A DNA stretch of 64,000 bases from Candidatus Cloacimonadales bacterium (GTDB lineage: Bacteria; Cloacimonadota; Cloacimonadia; Cloacimonadales; DAONDQ01), in contig OY759316.1 in NCBI GenBank assembly GCA_963662275.1, positions 2,144,001 through 2,208,000 of the forward strand, given 5' to 3'. Below the pieces are notes generated by a model that searched no databases, had not been told where the DNA came from, and saw only the letters and a list, made by a program, of their open reading frames with translations. This document shows, piece by piece, positions 19,698-30,193 of the stretch; position 1 is the first letter of the stretch, and each line of letters starts with the position of its first letter. A program made the translations under genes and the position numbers.

Positions 19698-22600
19698 ATG
19701 AAAAGAATGAGTTTTATTGTGTTATTACTGATGATCGTAAGTTTACATGCCTTGAATGTACAAAATGTTAATTCACCTTTTCGTATTACTAATCAAACTT
19801 CAGATCATATGGATATCGAGTTTACACTACCAGCGTATAAGATCGTTACTGAAACAAGTTCAAACCAAAGTTTCCAGCGAATTCAGATAGAAAATGCTGA
19901 TTATCTGTCCAAGGAAGGAATGCCTGAATTACCAGTATTTAGCGGTATGCTCGCAATTCCATATCATGGAAGTGCAAAGTTGCAACTCATTTCCTCTCAT
20001 AAAAATACACTCACAGGTATAAATCCTTACCCCGTACAATCAAAAGTTGATGATCAATCCAATGTCCCTGAATTTCAAATTAACAGAAGTTATTACGAAA
20101 ATGGCGGTAAGTATCCTGAACAAATTACCACATCAGATGATCCTGCCATTTTACGTGATTTCAGGGTGATGAATTTTTCGGTTCATCCATTTGAATACAA
20201 TGCTGCAACCAAGCAAATGCTAGCGAATGATAAAATTGTCATTCGTGTCACTTTCAACAATACTCCCGGTATGAATGAAATGGATGCTCCTACAGCCTAT
20301 TCAACGAGTTTTGAGTCTATGTATAAAGCTCTTCTTCTCAATTATGATGATGTCAGAGATGTGAGTCTTTCCTATAAACCAGAACGTATTTTGATAATTT
20401 ATGCAAATTCAAATGATAATATCTTTTTGAATAAACTGACAGAATTTGTAAATTGGAAGCAGCAGAAAGGTTATGTTGTTCAACTTGCAAGTACACTTCA
20501 GACCGGATCTCAAAATACAACAATCAAAACATATATCCAAAATACATATAATAATGCTGAGACAAGACCTGATTATATCATTCTGATTGGTGATGCAAAT
20601 GGTACTTTTACAATTCCAGCTTGGGATTTTTCTTGGGGTTCAAGATATACCGGTGAAGGAGACTATCCATATACACATCTAGCAGGAAATGATTTACTCG
20701 GAGATGTTTTTATCGGGCGCATGTCAATTTCCACAACAACTGACTTCCTGAACCTTGTGGCAAAGGGATTTGCTTATGAAAGAGATATGAATATAGCAAC
20801 ATCAGCAGCATTTCTGAATAGAATGCTGCTTGTCGGTGATACTGGCAACTCTGGAATCTCCACAATTTATACGAACAAGTATATCAAGGATATCACCTTC
20901 GCTTACAATCATGATTATACTTATTCCGAAGTTTATGGTGGCAGTTTTGCAACTTCCATGAATTCAGCTCTTAATATGGGAGTCGGGTTCATGAATTACC
21001 GTGGTTGGCTGGGAATGAGTTCCTGGTCACCTGGAACATCTCTAGTTAATGGTGGTAAAACACCTCATGCTGTCATCATCACATGCGGAACAGGTTCATA
21101 TGCTGGTTCCTACGCGAGTACTACAGAAGCTTTCACCCTATTCGGAACTGTTTCCAGTCCCGGCGGAGCCTTAACGGCAATCGGTATGGCAACTTCCGGC
21201 ACACATACGATGCTCAATAATTGTCTTTCTGGCAGCATCTATGAAGGTTTATTCACCTACAATATGCATACGATGTCCCAAGCTATGCTTTATGGTAAAA
21301 TTTATTTAGATAAAATTTATCGTGCCGAAACCGTAGAATTAACACATGCATTTACCCATATATGTAATCTTATGGGTGATCCTACCGTTGAAGTTTTTAA
21401 AGGAATACCTGGTTTATTACAAATCAATACCCTTTCTTCTATTGCCGTTGGAACAAATCTGCTTGATATTACTGTTAACGGAAATGCTCCTGTACCTGTA
21501 GAAAATGCACATGTAACCGTTACACAAGGTGCAAGTGTGTTGTTTCGTGGTGTTTCAGATGCTTCTGGACACGTTTCAGCGACCTTACCCGCCGATTGGA
21601 CAGGTAATCTCACGGTGACAGCCAGTAAACAAGACTTCCTGCCAAAAATTATTACAGTTAATGCTACTACTTCAGGATCTTTCATTTTTCGGAATATCGT
21701 AATTGATGATGATAACAATGGAAACTCTATCGGAAATGGAGATTCTGTTCCTGAAGGTAATGAAACAGTTGAACTCAATGTTAATGTGAAAAATACTTTT
21801 AGTTCGAATCAAGACAATATGTTTGGCATTTTATCTTGTTCTGATCCCTATATTTCAATCATCCAGGATTCAACTTTCTATGGGATGATCATAAGTGATA
21901 CTGTCGGAACTGGCGCAACTCCATTTGTAGTTCATATCGCAAATAATTGTCCGAATTTTTACCAAGCCCGTATGAAAGCTGTCATCCAGAATAATGCTGG
22001 TGATACATATGATGTATTTTTCTTAATGACAATTCGTAATGCTGATTTAGATTTTGTTTCTATTCAAGTTGAGGATGAATCAAATCAAATCCTTGATCCT
22101 GGAGAAAATGCTCTTTTGAATATTACTCTCAATAATAATGGGCTTATTGCTGCAGATAATATTTACGCATCCTTAAGAAGCTTAAGCTCTTTGGTTGAAG
22201 TTACAGACACACTTGCATATTTTGGAACCGTAGCTGTCAACACAACTGTCAATTGCAGTTCAAATCCTTTTGGTATAACTGGTAAATTACAATTAGTTCC
22301 AGGCATGATGATACCTTTTGAATTAACGCTATACAATGAAAATGGATATCAAGAAATAGAATCCTTCCAATTAACTGTTGGAACAGTTGCATCACATGAT
22401 CCATTAGGACCTGATACTTATGGATATTACATTTATGATGTAACTGATGTTGGATATCCGGATGTTCCAACTTACCAATGGATCGGCATTTCACCTGAAG
22501 AAGGAGGAAGTGGAACTCTTCTGACTTTAAACGATACAGGTGCTTCGGGTGATGAAGGTGATACGACAACAGCAGTCTCACTTGCTTCAGTAACATTACC

Positions 22601-25151
22601 TTTTGCTTTTTCTTTCTATGGACAGCAATATACTCAAATCAGTGTATGTTCCAACGGATTTATTGCCTTTGGTAGTACCCAAAATGGTGATTTCCGTAAC
22701 TGGCATATCCCTGGAGCACTTGGACCAAATCCTATGATAGCAGCATTTTGGGATGACTTATGTTTAATTAGTGGTGGTGGTGTATATACTTATTACAATG
22801 CTGTAGAACACTGTTTCGTCATTGAATGGTATCATACAATGAATGGTTATAACCGTACTTCTGAAGAAACATTCCAAGCGATTCTCTACAACCAGGATTT
22901 TAACCCAACTTCTCTTGGAGATGGACAAATCAAATTACAGTATAAGACATTTAATAATGTTGATGCAGGCTCTTTCGGTGGCTATTCTCCAACACATGGT
23001 AATTATTGCACGATTGGAATTAAGGATCACACAGGAACACGTGGATTGGAATATACTTTCAATAACCAGTATCCGACTGCTGCTTCATCCTTAGGAAACA
23101 ATAAGGCGTTATTTATTACCGGCACACCTATTATCCACCAGGAACCTCATTTATTATTATCGGAAATCGTACTTCATAATACGAACAGCAGTCAGATTCT
23201 GGAACCAAACGAAATTGCCGACCTCAGTTTACGAATCAATAATTTAGGAGAAACAACAGCAACGAATGTAAGTGCGACAATTTCATCTGCTGACCCATAT
23301 GTTGAGATTCTTACCGCTACTGCTAATTATGACCCGATAGAAGGTGAACATACGGCACTAAATAAAACATATTATCGTATCCGGGTTTTACCTTCCTGCC
23401 CAGATGGACATGTAATCATCTTCAACGTCGATATCAATGCCTTAGGATTTAATTGGCAAAGACAGACTTCGATTTCTGTGGTGAAACCAAAACTTACAAT
23501 TATCAGCAATTTCATCAATGATCATGCGGGTAATGGTAATGGAGTTGCTGATCCAGGAGAACATATCAAAATAGCTGTGAATGTTCAGAATCCTGGGTCT
23601 GTTATTGCTCATGATGCAATTGTACATTTAACGACAACAAGTGATGTCATAATTCAAAGTGAAACTACCTATACCTATGGAGATATTCCCGTGAATGGAA
23701 CTCTCCAGAAGAATTTCTCTCTCCAAATCAGTTCAGATGCAACTGTAAACGATTATGTAGCTTTTGATTATTCTATTACTGCTCAAAATATGGATACGGT
23801 TACGGGGCAGATATCCTTGGCAATTGGTTTGTCTGGATTATCGAATAATTTCGAACTTAATAATGGAGATTTTGCTGCTGGTGGTTGGACTTGTGGAACG
23901 TCTACAATAACGTTAGGACATTCCGGTGCAAGGATGTGGGGTACGTCTCTAAATGCAAATTATCCCAATAATGCACATTATGAATTAGTTTCAACTCCTG
24001 TTACGGTTGGAGCAAATGCTTCTTTAGATTTCTGGCAAAGATATGGATTTGAATCAGGTTATGATGGCGGTAATGTCTGGATATCAATCAATAACGGACA
24101 GAATTATACGTTAATTACTCCCATAGGTGGATATCCAAACCAGAGTATTTCCATTTTGGGGAACCGACCTGGATATACTGGAACCTTATCGACATGGACG
24201 CAAGCCCATTTTAATCTGAGTCAGTTTGCTGGTCAATCGATACGCATAAAATGGAATTTTCAATCTGATAATATGCAGCAAAATACCGGATGGTTCGTTG
24301 ATGATGTTGAAATCAGCGGTTTTATGCAGTCTGCTGGGATTTTTGACGGTAACGTGATTCTTCCATCTGATGTTCATAATCCTGACCTGGCTTTAATATC
24401 TGCCGGTAATTATCTCACGCATCCAAATGCTGTTGGACATTTTGAATTATTGCTTCCAAATGGCACCTATCAAGTATCAGCTAAGATGGCATCTTGCCAA
24501 GATTCCTCTCCAGAATCAATTACATTCGCTGAGGATTCCGTTGAACATACAATTGATTTTACATTCAATTATCTAAGACCAATAACCTATATATTCTATT
24601 CGGTGAACTCACAGATAGCTTATTTCTCTTGGGTTCGTCCACCATTTAGTTCTAATCATCTTTTACGTTATGATGTATATCAGCAGATAGAAACTGATAT
24701 CTTCCGCAAAATAACCGAAACAGTAGATACTTCCTTTACGGATTCATTGCATGTGGCGGGAGATTATGCCTATTATGTGAAAGTTGTTTATGCTGAAGGA
24801 GAAAGTAATCCATCTGATACTCTTTCATTCAATGCCTTGATTACAGATAACGATGATTATTCTATCATTCCTTTGACGACGAAGTTGAACAGAAACTATC
24901 CAAATCCATTCAATCCTGATACCAACATCAGCTTCGATTTAGCAGAGAATGGACCCGTGAACTTGACAATATATAACATCAAAGGACAAAGAGTTAGAAC
25001 GCTGGTAAATGAACGTCTTTCTCCCGGTAATTACAACTTCAAGTGGAATGGGAAGAATGAGTATAACAAACCCGTAGCTTCAGGAGTATATTTCTTCAGA
25101 CTAAAGTCACCTCGTTTCACTGGAGTAACAAAAGCCATACTACTGAAATAA
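19698..25151 (+). CDS. Second C25 (gingipain-like) paralogue with the same architecture
   Basis: GMPELP, WKQQKG, YIILIGD, IGRMS, IITCGTG and NLMGDP, with CTD NYPNPFNP...ASGVYFF. Collinear with 14004-19484. Confidence 0.85.
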   Translation: MKRMSFIVLLLMIVSLHALNVQNVNSPFRITNQTSDHMDIEFTLPAYKIVTETSSNQSFQRIQIENADYLSKEGMPELPVFSGMLAIPYHGSAKLQLISSHKNTLTGINPYPVQSKVDDQSNVPEFQINRSYYENGGKYPEQITTSDDPAILRDFRVMNFSVHPFEYNAATKQMLANDKIVIRVTFNNTPGMNEMDAPTAYSTSFESMYKALLLNYDDVRDVSLSYKPERILIIYANSNDNIFLNKLTEFVNWKQQKGYVVQLASTLQTGSQNTTIKTYIQNTYNNAETRPDYIILIGDANGTFTIPAWDFSWGSRYTGEGDYPYTHLAGNDLLGDVFIGRMSISTTTDFLNLVAKGFAYERDMNIATSAAFLNRMLLVGDTGNSGISTIYTNKYIKDITFAYNHDYTYSEVYGGSFATSMNSALNMGVGFMNYRGWLGMSSWSPGTSLVNGGKTPHAVIITCGTGSYAGSYASTTEAFTLFGTVSSPGGALTAIGMATSGTHTMLNNCLSGSIYEGLFTYNMHTMSQAMLYGKIYLDKIYRAETVELTHAFTHICNLMGDPTVEVFKGIPGLLQINTLSSIAVGTNLLDITVNGNAPVPVENAHVTVTQGASVLFRGVSDASGHVSATLPADWTGNLTVTASKQDFLPKIITVNATTSGSFIFRNIVIDDDNNGNSIGNGDSVPEGNETVELNVNVKNTFSSNQDNMFGILSCSDPYISIIQDSTFYGMIISDTVGTGATPFVVHIANNCPNFYQARMKAVIQNNAGDTYDVFFLMTIRNADLDFVSIQVEDESNQILDPGENALLNITLNNNGLIAADNIYASLRSLSSLVEVTDTLAYFGTVAVNTTVNCSSNPFGITGKLQLVPGMMIPFELTLYNENGYQEIESFQLTVGTVASHDPLGPDTYGYYIYDVTDVGYPDVPTYQWIGISPEEGGSGTLLTLNDTGASGDEGDTTTAVSLASVTLPFAFSFYGQQYTQISVCSNGFIAFGSTQNGDFRNWHIPGALGPNPMIAAFWDDLCLISGGGVYTYYNAVEHCFVIEWYHTMNGYNRTSEETFQAILYNQDFNPTSLGDGQIKLQYKTFNNVDAGSFGGYSPTHGNYCTIGIKDHTGTRGLEYTFNNQYPTAASSLGNNKALFITGTPIIHQEPHLLLSEIVLHNTNSSQILEPNEIADLSLRINNLGETTATNVSATISSADPYVEILTATANYDPIEGEHTALNKTYYRIRVLPSCPDGHVIIFNVDINALGFNWQRQTSISVVKPKLTIISNFINDHAGNGNGVADPGEHIKIAVNVQNPGSVIAHDAIVHLTTTSDVIIQSETTYTYGDIPVNGTLQKNFSLQISSDATVNDYVAFDYSITAQNMDTVTGQISLAIGLSGLSNNFELNNGDFAAGGWTCGTSTITLGHSGARMWGTSLNANYPNNAHYELVSTPVTVGANASLDFWQRYGFESGYDGGNVWISINNGQNYTLITPIGGYPNQSISILGNRPGYTGTLSTWTQAHFNLSQFAGQSIRIKWNFQSDNMQQNTGWFVDDVEISGFMQSAGIFDGNVILPSDVHNPDLALISAGNYLTHPNAVGHFELLLPNGTYQVSAKMASCQDSSPESITFAEDSVEHTIDFTFNYLRPITYIFYSVNSQIAYFSWVRPPFSSNHLLRYDVYQQIETDIFRKITETVDTSFTDSLHVAGDYAYYVKVVYAEGESNPSDTLSFNALITDNDDYSIIPLTTKLNRNYPNPFNPDTNISFDLAENGPVNLTIYNIKGQRVRTLVNERLSPGNYNFKWNGKNEYNKPVASGVYFFRLKSPRFTGVTKAILLK

Positions 25152-25169
25152 CCATCTCCTCATAATAAT

Positions 25170-25200
25170 AAAAATCCCTGCTCGAAAGAGCAGGGATTTT
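25170..25200. terminator. Bidirectional terminator between convergent genes
   Basis: AAAATCCCTGCTC-GAAA-GAGCAGGGATTTT. Confidence 0.85.
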
Positions 25201-25217
25201 CTGTTTAGGGTAGGATT

Positions 25218-26507
25218 TTAGAAGGAAGTTTTATCTACAAAGTTGAAATCTTTGATCAATATCGTAGGAATCATTGTTTCAGTATCTTGAAGAATACTCT
25301 CTCCAAGAGCCATTATTCTACGTGTAGCCTCATGTGGAATTTCGTTAAAACGGAAATTATTAACTGCTTTTACGACCTTACCATTTTCGAAATAGAGAAC
25401 TCCATCTCTTGTCATTCCGGTTAGCTCCCCTCGTTTTCGATCAATATCACGAATATACCAAAATCGATTAATGATTAAACCCATGCCGGCTATTTTCATC
25501 ATTTCTTGTTCAGTTGCATTTCCGCCATGAATATGTACATTAATAAAGTCAGGTATGTGTTTCAGTTTTTTTAGTTTCGCATAATAACGTGATACAGGCA
25601 TATTTTCCAATACTCCATTTTTTATCCAAGAAGTATTTTTCGACGGTATACCTTCATTTGAAAATCCAGGAGTATTTAGACCTTTTATCTGTGTATCTGA
25701 AGTTAGAGAAAACATCTTTCCGAACATTTCCTTCCCTATCTTATCTGTGAATGGTGTGAGACCGTCATCTGCTTCACGACGATCAAAGCCATAGAGCATG
25801 AATAAGAAAAATTCAACGACTGCATTTGGTCTTAATATGACGTTGTATTTTCCTGGTTCTAAGGAAGCAGGAGCTGTTAAACTATCAAATTGTTCATTTA
25901 GTTGATCGATTTGAGACTTCAGATCAAAATCATGATAATCAAGTACAGAATGTGAGACTTTAGTTTCTCTGTCATCCTTCTTCATGGTCATGGAGTGTTC
26001 AAACTTAGACTCACTATCTTTTCCGTAGAATCCATTCTTAGTGACTAAGAATCTTTCACTCAAATGATGTTCTGTCATTCCTGAAACGACTGCATCTTTC
26101 CCTATGGCATTTTCAATACACATGCGAACAAGTTCCACATGATCCTGTACTTTCAAGTTTTCCGTGGTTGTAAAATAATTCTGGTGTTCCTCGTACTCTG
26201 CAGCAGGTACAGATGGCATAAACTCAGGATCTACTTCACTTACTGAGGCAACTGTTTTTGCTTTTTGAATAAGCTGAAGAATACTCTGCTGATCTGTCTG
26301 GTTCGTTCGAGCTGATCCCCATTGAGGACCATATGCCAATTGAAGTAGAATATCTGAGTTTTTACCAGAAATATGCTGTGTTATTCTGTTTTGGGCAAAT
26401 CTTGTTTCAAGGCTATCATAAAAGCTAATACGTATTATGTAATCATCAGCATCGCAATTCTTTTTGATGAATTTGATGATAGAATCAATTCTGCTCTTGC
26501 TTATCAT
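25218..26507 (-). CDS. TldE/PmbA-family protein
   Basis: TRFAQNRITQH, LEPGKYNVILRP, LTGMTRDG and NFRFNE. No HExxxH. ATGA overlap with the tldD stop. Confidence 0.85.
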   Translation of the reverse strand: MISKSRIDSIIKFIKKNCDADDYIIRISFYDSLETRFAQNRITQHISGKNSDILLQLAYGPQWGSARTNQTDQQSILQLIQKAKTVASVSEVDPEFMPSVPAAEYEEHQNYFTTTENLKVQDHVELVRMCIENAIGKDAVVSGMTEHHLSERFLVTKNGFYGKDSESKFEHSMTMKKDDRETKVSHSVLDYHDFDLKSQIDQLNEQFDSLTAPASLEPGKYNVILRPNAVVEFFLFMLYGFDRREADDGLTPFTDKIGKEMFGKMFSLTSDTQIKGLNTPGFSNEGIPSKNTSWIKNGVLENMPVSRYYAKLKKLKHIPDFINVHIHGGNATEQEMMKIAGMGLIINRFWYIRDIDRKRGELTGMTRDGVLYFENGKVVKAVNNFRFNEIPHEATRRIMALGESILQDTETMIPTILIKDFNFVDKTSF

Positions 26508-27946
26508 TGTGAACCTCCCACACGAATCTTCCTGAATCTTGCAGGCGAAGCTCCATGGGTCATACGACCTGTTTGAGAAGGTTGACCTTTCCCACAGTTG
26601 TTGACTCCCCATGCTTTCCAAAAACGCTGGTCACAAATTGCATCACAGCTATTCCAAAATTCAGGATTGTTGGATTTATATAGAACTTTCTTCAACATTC
26701 TGGTCTTCTTGCCATTTTTAATTTCCCAGAATAAATCTCCGCCAAATTGGAAATTAACACGATGTTGATCTATAGAAAAAGATCCCTGTCCTTCTATTAA
26801 AACACCATCCTCTGTATCCTCAATCAATTGGGCTGGAGTGAGTTCTTTCTTCCCTGCCTCTAAATACAGATTTGGAATACGATTGATTGGAAAATCATAA
26901 TAATAAGTAGCCCGACTGCATCCGCGGCTGAGTTTGCCTCCAATAAAGGGAATTGTATCACGAGTGCTGCCATATTCATTAAGAATACCGTCTTTAACTA
27001 TATACCATTTCTGGCTTGGTACTCCATCATCATCGTAACCGAGAGAAGCCAAACCATTCGGTAAAAGATTATCACCCAAAAAATTGACTATAGGAGAGCC
27101 ATATTGAAACTTCCCAAGCTTTTCAGGTGTTGCAAAGGATATACCTGCATAATCAGCTTCCCATCCTAGAACACGATCTAATTCAGTCGGATGACCAACA
27201 GACTCATGCATAGTAAGAGCTAGATTAGCAGGATCAAGGATAAGATCGCGCCTTTTCTCTTCCCCTAAATCACCCGCATGAACCTTCATTATTGCTTCTT
27301 CAGCAATCCGCGGTGCATTTTCCAGTAAACCTAATTCTTCCATATATTCCCAACCGGCATTCCTTCCACCTGGATTGAACGAACGAGTTTGGGAATCATC
27401 TTCAGCTACCGCAGTTGCAGCTATATATGGTGTGATATGTGTGTTCTTAATGATTAAATGAGTTCCTAGTGTAGAAGCAAAAATCTTATCGTTGGATTCC
27501 GTAACAACATAGCTTCTTACAACCTTGATCGGCTCATAGTTCAATAAAGTCCGATTCACTTCCAGCAGGTTATCGACTTTCTCTTTGATCGGAATCATGA
27601 AAGGATTGATTTTAACAGGAGACTCAAAAGAATCCTGGTAACTTCGTTCAGAAGCAAGAGTCAGCTTTAGATTCTTGTTGATTGAAGCTGAATTCTTGGC
27701 AATCAACACAGCTCTTTTCACTGTATCTTGAACTGCTTCAGGAGTAAAAACGTTGTTGTGGGCAAAACCCCAAGCTCCATTTTTGAAGACACGAATTCCA
27801 TACCCATATAATTCACCTTCATTAAGCGCTTTAACGCTTAGATTTCGAATGAAAATGACTTCAGTATGGCTTCGTTGAATACGGATATCTGCATATTCAG
27901 CACCAAGCTTGACCGCAGTATCCATGGCTAAGAGAGAATAATCCAT
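26504..27946 (-). CDS. tldD: TldD-family metalloprotease
   Basis: GAEYADIRI, GAWGFA, HESVGHPTELDR, YDDDGV and CGKGQP. GGAGG before MDYSLL. Confidence 0.9.
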   Translation of the reverse strand: MDYSLLAMDTAVKLGAEYADIRIQRSHTEVIFIRNLSVKALNEGELYGYGIRVFKNGAWGFAHNNVFTPEAVQDTVKRAVLIAKNSASINKNLKLTLASERSYQDSFESPVKINPFMIPIKEKVDNLLEVNRTLLNYEPIKVVRSYVVTESNDKIFASTLGTHLIIKNTHITPYIAATAVAEDDSQTRSFNPGGRNAGWEYMEELGLLENAPRIAEEAIMKVHAGDLGEEKRRDLILDPANLALTMHESVGHPTELDRVLGWEADYAGISFATPEKLGKFQYGSPIVNFLGDNLLPNGLASLGYDDDGVPSQKWYIVKDGILNEYGSTRDTIPFIGGKLSRGCSRATYYYDFPINRIPNLYLEAGKKELTPAQLIEDTEDGVLIEGQGSFSIDQHRVNFQFGGDLFWEIKNGKKTRMLKKVLYKSNNPEFWNSCDAICDQRFWKAWGVNNCGKGQPSQTGRMTHGASPARFRKIRVGGSQ

Positions 27947-28089
27947 ATCGGTTCCTCCATAATAAGTTAGCACGTTATATTACACACATGTGCAATATAT
28001 ACATGCTTATGTTTAGCAGTCAAGATTTTTTTTAGTAAATGTAGAATAACACAAAAAGAATCGGAATCTTCCCTCAAGTCCACATATAT

Positions 28090-28181
28090 GATACCAAGTT
28101 CATACCAGTTTCAATCCTGTTTCATACCAAGCTCATGAGCTTGGTTTGAAACAGGTTTGGCTTTGGTTTGGACTTGCTTTT
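28090..28181. repeat. Inverted array of degenerate 11-bp repeats
   Basis: GATACCAAGTT CATACCAGTTT CAATCCTGTTT CATACCAAGCT, centre CATG, then AGCTTGGTTTG AAACAGGTTTG GCTTTGGTTTG GACTTGCTTTT. Confidence 0.8.
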
Positions 28182-28363
28182 GTATAGCTATTATCTATGC
28201 GAAATTTATTAGTGATGTAAGTGGGTGTTAAATTAGTATAATTTAGTGGACATCAAACACAAAGAAGACGTATGCAGGAATCTTATCATTCACATAATCA
28301 TCTCTTCGCATACTAGTGTAGTAAAACATAATATCTATTTATATTTTACTGGCTATATTTCAC

Positions 28364-28393
28364 TTGACATTAACTGATATGATATTATTAAAT
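28364..28393 (+). promoter_or_regulatory. Putative sigma70 promoter
   Basis: TTGACA at 28364 and an AT-rich TTAAAT 18 bp later, upstream of the AGGAGG RBS of 28416. Confidence 0.45.
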
Positions 28394-28415
28394 TGGCTCT
28401 ATATAAGGAGGTCTT

Positions 28416-29726
28416 ATGAAGAAGACAATGTTCTTAATCGTTTTCATCATCACTTCAAGCTTGTTATTGGGTCATTCAGTATCGCAAATTCATCAATGGA
28501 ATCATCGACACAAGGGATTCCCAGTCGTTCAAAGTAGAGATTCAAACCGTTCCTGGTTGCCTTCACAATGGACATATGAGTCCTTTGATACTTCCTGGTA
28601 TTTCGAAGAAAAAATGATTCATTCTTATAATTCAATTTATCCAACCCAAGTCGATTCAACTATTGATTACCTTACTAATGAATGGGGCGAGTGGTATGCA
28701 CATGGTATTTTTCGAATCTCGTATGATCCAACATTTCAATATATGACGGAGTTTCTCATTGAATGGATCGGAGAAGCTGATACAGGAGCGAGAATCCTGT
28801 TCACTTATGATAATCAGCATCGTCTTGTTTCAGAAATCGGGCAAGATAATACATTCGCCGGATACGTAGATAGTTTCAGGAATTATTGGGAATATTCAAA
28901 TGGTACAGAATTCACATACTATTATTGGAGTTATGATTCCAATCCTGCTTTTAATAAAGATATATATACATTCGATTCCGATGGAAGAATCCTGGAGGAT
29001 ATTGGACAAACATCAGCCGATTCCCTAAATTGGATCAACGATACGAAGAAGGTATACTCTTACAACCCAAATGATACATCAACAGGAAGTACTTTAGTCG
29101 ACTATTTTGCTACTACCTACACAAAAGAATGGTATAATAATATGTACTTCATGCCTTCCATATATGATGAAGTACTCGATTCAATATGGAATGGAAGTGA
29201 CTGGGTCTTATCCGGGAAACAAGTCAATACATACAATAATCAGAATCAGATGATTCAAACCCATTGGCTGTCATGGAATTCCGTTCTCAATGTTTGGGAT
29301 TATAACGATCGAGATGAATATACGTATGATAACAATGGAAATCTATCTACTGACGTATATAGCTATTGTGATTCTGATACAACAAATTGGCAATTTTCAG
29401 ATCGATATACATATTCCTGGATGCAGGGAACACAGAATGAAGATGTAACTGTCCCTGCTTCAAAGGAGATTCAATTGCATATTTATCCTAATCCGTTCTC
29501 AAAGGAACTGAACATTTCGAACCAATCAAAATCAAACCAAATGGTTAAATATCAGATATTTAACCTGAAAGGACAATTAGTCAGCACTTTCGATACAACG
29601 CCTAATACATCGATGATTTGGAATGGAAAGGATAAGGATGGCAGTAATGTCAGTTCAGGTATTTATTTCCTGAAAATGGAACAAGGAAAGAACAATCTAA
29701 CTTCACGATTCCTGAAAATAAAGTAG
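28416..29726 (+). CDS. Secreted Tyr/Trp/Asn-rich repeat protein with FlgD-Ig/T9SS-like CTD
   Basis: Signal peptide. Repeats of the YTYDxxG / WNGSDW type. C-terminal IYPNPF...IFNLKGQ...SSGIYF. Confidence 0.8.
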   Translation: MKKTMFLIVFIITSSLLLGHSVSQIHQWNHRHKGFPVVQSRDSNRSWLPSQWTYESFDTSWYFEEKMIHSYNSIYPTQVDSTIDYLTNEWGEWYAHGIFRISYDPTFQYMTEFLIEWIGEADTGARILFTYDNQHRLVSEIGQDNTFAGYVDSFRNYWEYSNGTEFTYYYWSYDSNPAFNKDIYTFDSDGRILEDIGQTSADSLNWINDTKKVYSYNPNDTSTGSTLVDYFATTYTKEWYNNMYFMPSIYDEVLDSIWNGSDWVLSGKQVNTYNNQNQMIQTHWLSWNSVLNVWDYNDRDEYTYDNNGNLSTDVYSYCDSDTTNWQFSDRYTYSWMQGTQNEDVTVPASKEIQLHIYPNPFSKELNISNQSKSNQMVKYQIFNLKGQLVSTFDTTPNTSMIWNGKDKDGSNVSSGIYFLKMEQGKNNLTSRFLKIK

Positions 29727-29739
29727 TTCCTCAAAGTAC

Positions 29740-29770
29740 ATGGGGAGTCACTATTACAGTGACTCCCCAT
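29740..29770. terminator. Stem-loop between convergent genes
   Basis: ATGGGGAGTCACT-ATTAC-AGTGACTCCCCAT (13-bp stem). Confidence 0.7.
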
Positions 29771-29832
29771 CTTACATGAAAGCAATGAGTTCCCCGAGTT
29801 TGCTTTTTCCTGGTTAAGTTTTTTAAAGAAAG

Positions 29833-30147
29833 TTATCGATCACAACCTCTGCGGCATTTCCTGGCACTATGGCTTCCCCCAAAAATAATACCTGCCCCTA
29901 ACACAAATCCAAAGTTATACCAGCCACCATTATTATGAACTTCATAGAACTGAATATTCTTCATAAAAAGTGAGAGAAAAAAGGTTATTGGTGAGATTAT
30001 ACCATGCCACAGACCTAACAGAAAACCTGCAACCTGCCCATTGGAACCAGGAATATTAGTCATGTTATTAGGTCCGGCAGCACATCCTGCAATGAAACTC
30101 ATGACCAGAAACAGGAAAAACATAAGAGCGAACGTTTTTATAGACAT
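29833..30147 (-). CDS. Small membrane lipoprotein of unknown function
   Basis: Lipobox IAG-C and hydrophobic segments GFLLGLWHGII and WYNFGFVLG. GGAG RBS. Confidence 0.75.
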   Translation of the reverse strand: MSIKTFALMFFLFLVMSFIAGCAAGPNNMTNIPGSNGQVAGFLLGLWHGIISPITFFLSLFMKNIQFYEVHNNGGWYNFGFVLGAGIIFGGSHSARKCRRGCDR

Positions 30148-30193
30148 TATATCTCCTTCGGATAATAATTATATTCAATTATGATCGCAAACT

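Noticed and set aside
21317..21778. 153-aa minus-strand ORF and other short ORFs nested in long genes
   Set aside because: Antisense or alternate-frame shadows with no recognisable motifs.
14004..25151. Diversity-generating retroelement or recent exact duplication
   Set aside because: There is no reverse transcriptase. The paralogues are diverged throughout with only short identical stretches, and I noticed no adenine-specific template/variable repeat pair.
25218..30147. RiPP/microcin cluster around TldD/E
   Set aside because: No precursor peptide, YcaO, radical SAM enzyme or exporter is visible.
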